From Dimorphilus gyrociliatus (Eukaryota; Animalia; Annelida), in NCBI GenBank assembly GCA_904063045.1, contig CAJFCJ010000127.1:1-32649 (forward strand): a stretch of DNA of 32,649 nt, in the 5' to 3' direction. The notes under the pieces were generated by a model. That model made no database searches and had not been told where the DNA came from. It saw only the letters and a list, made by a program, of their open reading frames with translations. The translations under genes and the position numbers were made by a program. Of this stretch, positions 24,610 to 32,649 are shown piece after piece (within the stretch, counting starts at the first letter, position 1; each line of letters starts with the position of its first letter).

Positions 24610-24792
24610 GGAACCAGTCGAAAACGGCCATAAATAAAATATTTGAAGTTTAGATTTCAAGCTGGGAAATGGTTAGGAGGGAGTATTGACATGTACTTAG
24701 GTTAGGGGGTATTGAAAAAGGTTAGGCAAAAGCAAGGGCTAGGTTAGGGTTAGGGTAAAACAATAGATTTATGGCCGTTTTCTACCACATCC
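24610..24792 (+). mobile_element. MITE copy D (best preserved)
   Basis: Perfect 16-bp inverted arms gaaaacggccataaat (24620-24635) / atttatggccgttttc (24767-24782) within ~26-bp TIRs ending GGA...TCC. Perfect 9-bp TSD acaatttct (24601-24609 and 24793-24801). Core ggttagggttagggt. Confidence 0.9.
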
Positions 24793-25896
24793 ACAATTTC
24801 TTGGCCAAATATGTAGGTAGCGGGTTGAATTCTTATTATAGATGAATCACTTCCGTCTTCATCTTCGATTAAAATGCAAATTTCACAGCGCTGACTTTGT
24901 ATATCTTTGCTTTACGCTAGTTGTAGCTGTTATGGATTGAAACAAGCTCGTTGCTCCACAAGTTGCTTTATTTGATATACTAGCTAACTTTATCAGTTTA
25001 TCACCTAGCAAAATGTCAAAATAGAAGTAAACAAAAAAATATAAAAGAAAGAAAATTTTTCTTTTGAATTGACAAAATTGGTGTAGAGATGCAATTTTTC
25101 AAAATAAATAGAATTTGTACTATTCTTTTTCTTTGCATATTTGAATATTTAAATGTTTATTTTATGCAATCAATTATACAGAAATTGAACAATTTGAAAT
25201 ATTCATAGATATTTATTATTCAAAAGTATTTTATTTATTTGATTTTTATTAAAACACAGTTGTTAAGCAATGATGATAAAAATAGTCGTAATCTTCGCCA
25301 TCTTGTTTATCAACACTAATAAGGATTTTTAAACATAAAGCATAAAGACCAAACAACAAAATAAAATAGAGTAGTCACTGGATTTATCGGGGTCAGCAGA
25401 AAACACCCAAATGATATATTTTTAGAGTAGATTCAGCAGTCTTATTGAAAGAATTTTTACTAATAAAATTTCTTTCCATTTCTAAACAAATCTATTGTCA
25501 GATAGATTTAAGAAAACATTCATTGTTGGACTTCTTTGGGGTCTAATTTTCTCTTAAAAATTTAGCTTGGAAAGAGAAAAGGAATATTGCTATGTATTTG
25601 CATATGGGTAATATATCTTAGGTAAAACATCTAATTCATGACCGCTTTCTGTCATGTCCAACAAAACAATTGAATATCAAATAATTAAGAAAACAATATA
25701 TTATATGGATAAAACCTCACTATTAGTTAACTTATTAGTTAACTAGATCTATTCATCCACGTGAGGGTATCACTTATATTATTGAAAATATAATGAAGTT
25801 TGAATTTTATTAAAATTTAAGATATTAGCTAAAAACAAAAGAGTTATTTAAATTCTTCTATTGAAATATACAGAAAACTGCCAATATTTTTTCAGT

Positions 25897-28800
25897 ATGA
25901 ATATAAAAATTATATACATGCTCTTTTCTTTAGCAAGTTATCACCACTTAAATGGTGAAATAGAAAAAGAATTAAAAGGATATTATTACTTGAGCACTGT
26001 AGAAGAGACGGCTGATTATAGCCTTGGAATTTTAAAAGTTAAATTGAAAGGGAAAAAGGCAGATTTTTACGGCATAATACCAATAGATGATAAAGAATTT
26101 ATTAAATTTATTTGCCATTCTTTCGGTTACGATTCCTTATTTTCTTTTGCAAAAATTGAAAATGGAGAAAGGAAATCAATGTTCATTTCTATAAATATGA
26201 AAAATAAGAAATCGTGCTGTGAATTGTAATTATTTTCAATATAAAATAAATAAGACGCTAATAGCATCTCTATTTTCTATTTTTAGCTACAAAAAGAAAG
26301 TATACTATCCTAAATATCTTCATGAGTATCACATTAAGTGCTTCAAAAAGTCAGCTAGTTGTTAGTTTGTCTAAATTCCATTGTAAATAGACTTATATTC
26401 TCTCTCTCACACACAGATATCTTTGGATTTAGAGAAGAAAAGAATAAGTTTCTATTGTACTTTCGTCTAAATACTCAGACTTTCGGTGTTGTTACTCAAT
26501 CAAAACATAGGAAAATTCTTTGCGGTAGAACAGTGTTTTCACTCCGTAATCACGATAATAAATATTCAAAGTTAATTAAAAACGCTACAAATACCGTAAC
26601 TATTGGACTATCAGATAATGGAAGGTTCCATTTCAGATATATAAAATATAATGATTGTAAGCAAATAGGTTCTTCCTTTGGTTTTTATAGTTGTAAAATT
26701 ATTCATTATAATCGTGATAAAAGTATAAGTCTTGAGGTAATTCTAAATTCTTTTAACCATATTGGAGAAACTTTCTATGAAACCATGCATTGTCCGTTTA
26801 ATTCCACTAATTTTTCTCATTGCCAACTTGTTAAAAAGAGGTTAATTCTCTTATTTTTAAAGCTTTTCTACATATCTATTCCTTCCGTTCGAACAGAGTT
26901 TTCAAAAACAATAAAGGAGTATGGTTCCCATTCTCCATTGAATGTTCTCTGCTGAAAAATGAAGACTGCCTAGGACAATTTGTTTTAAAAATCTATAACA
27001 GTTGCTATTATGTTTTTAAATCTAAGGAGAAAGTCTTTACTTTACCTGAATTGGAGGATGAATGTTTAAAAAGGAATTTGACTATACTGGACTATCAATC
27101 GATAAATTGGTATTTTGTCATGACTTATCTCTCCTATTTACAAATACCACTTTCGCTTTATGATCAGTATAGTATTCGTTTGCACTACAGTAGTAAAAAT
27201 CTATGTAAGTTGATGGAGTTTTGTATCGGTTTCCCTAAGATAAATTCTCTTTAAACAGAAACGAATAACTAATGAACAGAATATAAGTCTCTACGCCACA
27301 AGCAGTGGAAGAACACTTACACTCCCAATTTCTTCACCGTTTGTAAGTAACCGATGTTGTTCTCATGTTTCAAAACGGAATATATCACAGTTTTCTCTTG
27401 ACTGAAGGAAATTTCAGTGAATTATAATAATCATTTGTATTATCAAAAAGATATGAGAGAAAAGAAATTCCTTTACACATATTTTTGTCTATCTAACGAA
27501 CTCGTTAATGTATGATGTTAGTTTTCACTTTTCGATTAAAATATATAAGTCAAATAATTTCAAGGTCAATAAAGATTCTGTTCGAACTAAAGTCAATTTT
27601 TGCGAAGAGTTCTTTGGCCCAATTTTCTATTGTCAAAAATCAATAAGTTTGCTTTTTTTTGTTTGAATCAATAGAGATATATTCTCGTATTGAAATCTCA
27701 TAGAGAACGTGATAGAATCGTTAGGAATACTTTCAATATCGATTGCTAATCACTCAACTTATCTGGATAACTGTTATTCTTGTTCCCGATCTAATATATT
27801 GATTAATAAAGCTTATTTATGCGATGGTATTGCTGATTGTCCTTTGGGAGAGGATGAATACAATTGTAGTAGGTACTTTACGATGTTATTCAAATGTAAC
27901 AAAAAAGCGCAATACATAAGCATTTTCCTGATCTGCAATCATGTCAAAGATTGTCTAGACGGATCTGATGAAACGCTTTGCGGTTAATACAGTTATATTC
28001 AATTTTTTTTACTCTACTTACCAGATTTCTTAAATGAGCAGAATATTCAAAATGTGAATTTGGAGAACAGTAAGAAAAAGAAGAAAACAATTCCCACTGA
28101 TTTTTCCTCTTTTATATATTTTAGACAATGCAAGAATAATCAATGTGTTAAAACAGATCAATTATGTAATAATGAAAGAAATTGCATTGACAGTAGTGAC
28201 GAAATTTGCTTTCCTAGTAAGATGACCTTCTGGTCCCTTAAAATTCTTGATGGGTAAAAAAATTTTTTAGACTGTAGAAAAGAGTTTCAAATTCTATGCG
28301 ATGCAAACTGTATACCGAACCACACTAAATATGATAAGAAAAGAGATTGTTTAATCGATAACGAAGAAAGGGAGCTAGACTCACGCAATCGTTACCATTA
28401 TAGGACATCAACCGATTGTTTCTTTCTTACCTCCTCTATGGGCCAACCAATTACCGATCTTAATCTAGCGACAGCCGGTTGTTCAAGAAAATCCTGCCCG
28501 ATTGGGCAATATCTTTGTCATCAAGATAAATATTGTATATCTGTTGAATTAGTATGCGATGGTGTCAATCATTGCTTTTTAGGAGATGATGAGGACAATT
28601 GTGGTTCGTAATTTTTGTTTTTGGGAAAAAATCAATTAACTATTGTCAATTTTACAGACAAATTCCATCCCCAAGGATATTTTAAATGTAGAAATGAACG
28701 CAAATTCCTAACCCCACAAAAAATTTGCGACGAAAACATTGAATGTATTCACGGAAGTGATGAAATACTATGCATTATTCCTAAAATCTCATTAAAAAAC

Positions 28801-30493
28801 TGCCAACAAATACCTTCTTTTCACCTCGACTGTAATTTTCAGAATTCTATTCAAACATTTCAAGAAATTGGGCCAAATTCTCTCATTTCGAACGAATATT
28901 TAAGAGTAGCTTCCTTCAAGGGATCTCTACCTTACAAACTAATTTTGAATCATTCCTATCACCTGGCATCTTTATCTTTTGAAGATTTTTCTCATATTTC
29001 CTCAAGAACCAGTGGATTCTTCTTCCCAAATCTAATATATCTATCATTAAACAATTGTTCAGTAGATGATAATTCTAATATTCTCTATAGAAAAATGAGA
29101 AAATTGCAAAATCTTATCCTCAGATACAATCCAATAAAATCTTTATCATTCTTGGCAAATTTCCAAAGTGATAATTTGATAAAATTGGATGTTTCCTATA
29201 CGAAGTTAAATGCAATTACTAGAAACAGTTTTCAGTCAAATTTCAACTTGGAAAGCCTGGCAATGACAGAATGCAAAATTGAATTTATTGAGGAAAATTC
29301 TTTTCTTCCCCTGAAGAAATTGCGTAATTTGCTTGCTGGCGAAAGGGAGCTGCCAGTTGAAGATTTGTACCATACGGTTCAACATTTAGAATCCATGGAA
29401 ATGGTTGAAGGCAATAACAGTTTTATATTCTGTTGTCTCTTCTGGAAATTTATCAACAAGCGTATTGAGTGTAAGGCTACAAGGAAAATTTTCTGGTCAT
29501 GTGATCGCTTAATAAGTACCAACTATCATCGAGTTATGTTCTGGACTATTGGACTTTTAGGAGCATTGGCAAATTTCGTATCAATTGCTCTCAGTGCGAC
29601 GTCAAAAGGCAGTTCCAGATATTTTCGTATACTTTTAAGTATAAGCGACCTTGCACTGTCATTTTACGCGTTGATAATAGCAGTTTATGATGTCAATTCG
29701 TCAAATGATTATTTAAAATTTTCAGTTGTATGGAAAAACAGCATTGCGTGCGAATATCTTGGAACTCTTGTGACTTTTTCAACATTAGTATCATCTTTCT
29801 GTTTGCTTTTGATTACTGCTGAAAGACACCAGGCTGTTACTAATCCTATGATAAAATCTATATTTGCTGTTTATCCTAAAACAATATTGACCTTTATGTT
29901 TTGTTTTCTTTTATTTTTGTCATTTACCAGACATATAATGTATAAGATAAGTCAACATACCGTATATAAGCAGTACTCTATGTGTTTTTCAAACGCTTTA
30001 GTTATGTTCTTTTTAGTATGAATACAACTCAACACCGTTGTGTTTTCATACATTTTTGAAAAGTAATGAAAATAGCTGGATTTTTTCATTTACAATCTTT
30101 GCTATAATTGTACCAATTTTCAATATTTCGAATTGCTTTTTGTGTTTTCGCATACTATTTATTGTAATAAATTCATTTAGATCATTTCATAATTCTTCTG
30201 AAAAGCAAAAAAAGGGAAAGAGTATTAAAATACACTATATTTTGTTTGCTATTACCTCCTGTTTCATTTGGTTTCCTATTTCTGGTATAGGTTTCTTTAT
30301 AATAAATGATAATTCAATGAAAAATGTTGAGAATTTAGAATTAGTTGTTACATGTTTAATACTCTTAGAAACAATCATTAATCCAGTTTTCATCTCAATT
30401 AAGGAAATTAAACAGAGAATTGAATATTTAGAAAAATTTTTCGTTCAAAAAAGGCTTCTTAAATATAAACTTTCTCAATTTATAGTGCTTTAA
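25897..30493 (+). CDS. GRL101-like LDLa/LRR class A GPCR (type C2 LGR) with N-terminal SRCR-like and C-type-lectin-like regions, ~1307 aa
   Basis: Exons 25897-26225, 26287-26360, 26417-26840, 26897-27228, 27280-27342, 27418-27509, 27550-27646, 27704-27982, 28042-28069, 28125-28216, 28271-28603, 28658-29961 and 30017-30493 total 3924 nt in frame. At least 5 clear LDLa repeats (e.g. LCDGIADCPLGEDEYNC), LRRs (LQNLILRYNPI, LIKLDVSYTKL) and seven TM helices. The junctions between 27193 and 27550 are the least certain. Confidence 0.88.
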
Positions 30494-30519
30494 TTTTTAT
30501 CAGTTTTCTTCATTTTCGT

Positions 30520-32520
30520 TGTGGTTTATCTATAGTAAAGATCTGATACAAGTTACTGAAGAAGAAAATTTAAAAAACTGTAATTTTCAATTGTAAGTTG
30601 AATATTTTTACAAGTTTTCAAATTTTTCAATATAGTTAATGAATTAATTGAAAATAAGAAGAAAAAATTGTTTTTTAAGAAAGAATTTGATTTGAATATG
30701 CAAATATTGAATTTATCAAATGTTTCCAACTTTAAAAAAATGTTGTATTTTGAATTACTAAAAGAATTTGTTAAAGAAATCGTTCATATCCATCAAGCGA
30801 ATTTCTCGCTTGCTGGCGAATTTTCTTCATTCAATATTTACATAGTAAATGTATAAATTGTTTTAATTATATCTCTGTATTTATTTTCTTATTTTTACGA
30901 ACAGTCAAAAATTGGTAGAGTCTATTTTAAAATAGATAATATACAATTCGGAAATGACGTCAATAAATCAAAAGATATTTTCTCTTGTGGAAATATTATA
31001 AGAAAAATCCTTCAGCAAAGATTTATCTTGAATAAATCATCAAAATGATGTATATTTTTATGTATATTTATGTATATGTTTTTGTTATTATGTAGGTGTA
31101 GCTTTTTTATCAGTTTTCAGTGAACAGTGGGAAAATGCATTGTCAGGAGAAATAGCAAAATACTCAAAGCAAAGAGTTGTCATATTATTATTGCTCTATT
31201 TATATGGATGGGTTACAATAATTTACTAATAAACTATCCACAATTAAAAACTTGAAGCTATGATAAAAATAAAATATTACCATATCTTGATGACTCGAAT
31301 TTTGTAAATTCTATTCCTTATAGCTAAAATGTTGACACAAAATTGTTCATAGTAGCACTGGTACTCTTCTCTTGAACACTTTTTACTTTTACAAAATTCT
31401 GAAACAAAACTAGGATATCCCGTATTCTTAGCTGGAAAACCTTTTGAATTGTAATCAAATTGGCAATATGCCGAGATTGCTCCATAGTTTTGACATCTAT
31501 CACTAAGCGGAAAGTGTTGACATACAAACTATTTTGTCGTTTAAACAATCATATTTTAAATTACATCTTAATTTTTTATCCATACATTTTATTCCAGTTT
31601 TTGGGTGTCCGCACTTAAATTTCTCTTCCAGATTACAACCTATTATCGTATATTGAAAAAAATTTATTAAATTGATTTCATTTTAGTTTACTACAAAACT
31701 TGTTTTGAATACACCGAGTAGTGCTTGATTATTGTTGCATATTTCATCATTTTGGTCATAGCAATTGATTTCATTATTGCATATTTCTTCGTATTCAATT
31801 ATATTGGATTCTTTCAATTAATTAAATTGCTTAATGATTAATTAGCAGATTCTTTTAAAATCTAAACTTAACTGATTTCATCGGTTTGGCTAAAGAAAAA
31901 AGAAGGATGTTAATAATTTTAAGAAAGATAAAAGCAGTCTTTTATATTTTGAATCCTAATTCAATACTTTTCGTCAGACTCGTCCGCACAATCAGAATAT
32001 AATCGCTAACTAGTATTAGAGCTGAGTGGCATGAAAATTTGTTCTTGAACAGTTTCTTTTGTCTTCCTTTGACAAACAATCTTGAAATCCATCTCAAACG
32101 TAAACGATATTTACACAAACGCCATCCACCTAGCATAAAAATGATCTAAAATAGCTTGATAAATATGAATGATTAAATTTCTCTATATAATAATCTAGAT
32201 GAGAAAAAGTATTCAAAATGAAGATATTATTTTGTAATATTAATTAACTAAATGTCTAATTGCATAAAGGAGCAATGATTTTTTTACATTTTTGAATCAA
32301 TATTCTAATGAAATGTTATAGAGATATTTGTTTTGTGGATGAAACAAATAAATTCAGTTGAATTTTGAGTATTTGTTGATAAATTATTAATTGTAAATTC
32401 TTGCATTTTACATAGCAATTTACTATCGTTGTTGGTAAATGATGTTTTGTCGTCTTTAGCATAATTTTTATAGTATAATTCGAAGAGATTATCATTTAAT
32501 CTCACTGAAAAAATATCTAT
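30520..32520 (-). pseudogene. Pseudogenised paralogue of the GRL101-like receptor, convergent with the intact gene; probably continues beyond the window
   Basis: Minus-strand remnants follow the intact gene's order: LLCKMQEF..STEFIC (cf. NLCKLMEF), DGVCVNIVYV*DGFQDCLSKEDKRNCSR, SDCADESDEKY*, EEICNNEINCYDQNDEIC (cf. DQLCNNERNCIDSSDEIC), YCQFDYN..CKSKKCSREEYQCYYEQFCV, then LRR-like KKLHLHNNK and ENYSFLNF. No 7TM region remains. Confidence 0.8.
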
Positions 32521-32649
32521 TAATAATGTGAATACGTTAATATTGTCATTACATTATTAATATTAGAACATGAAGTATTCGCTTTAAAGCAAGTTGATAG
32601 TAGCCTAATAGTAAATGTTATTTCCTTTCTCTCTTTTATTACCAAAAAA

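Noticed and set aside
24263-25700. Possible further GPCR/LRR remnants on the minus strand (FANFAWPISL, FLNLSDN)
   Set aside because: The matches are too short and fragmentary to call without a profile search.
29331-30818. Shared 13-mer gcttgctggcgaa at ~29331 and ~30806
   Set aside because: Isolated with no extension, and compatible with chance in 32 kb.
1-32649. CRISPR array, rRNA or prokaryotic operon
   Set aside because: No regularly spaced repeat-spacer units and no rRNA-like sequence. The genes have spliceosomal introns.

Overview
This is AT-rich animal genomic DNA with very short GT-AG introns (40-75 nt in my models), so it is not prokaryotic and the ORF track shows only fragments. 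The gene content (GRL101-like receptor, RNI-like LRR family) points to a lophotrochozoan. It resembles the compact genome of the annelid Dimorphilus gyrociliatus, but that is unverified inference. Apparently intact genes: tRNA-Ile(AAT); a 5-exon secreted protein with two tandem uncharacterised modules; a 4-exon classical SDR; an intronless bacterial-type MDR (NAD(P)-dependent alcohol dehydrogenase/quinone-reductase-like) gene, a horizontal-transfer candidate with a eukaryotic TATA box and Kozak context; and a 13-exon, ~1307-aa SRCR-like/C-type-lectin/LDLa/LRR class A GPCR. Between them lie decayed sequences: LRR pseudogenes, a convergent pseudogenised paralogue of the GPCR, two Tc1/mariner remnants, a PHD-FLYWCH-MULE transposase pseudogene, and four copies of a 183-205 bp MITE with 9-bp target-site duplications and a GGTTAG/TTAGGG core. 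One MITE copy sits inside the MULE transposase. All exon models and alignments were made by eye.
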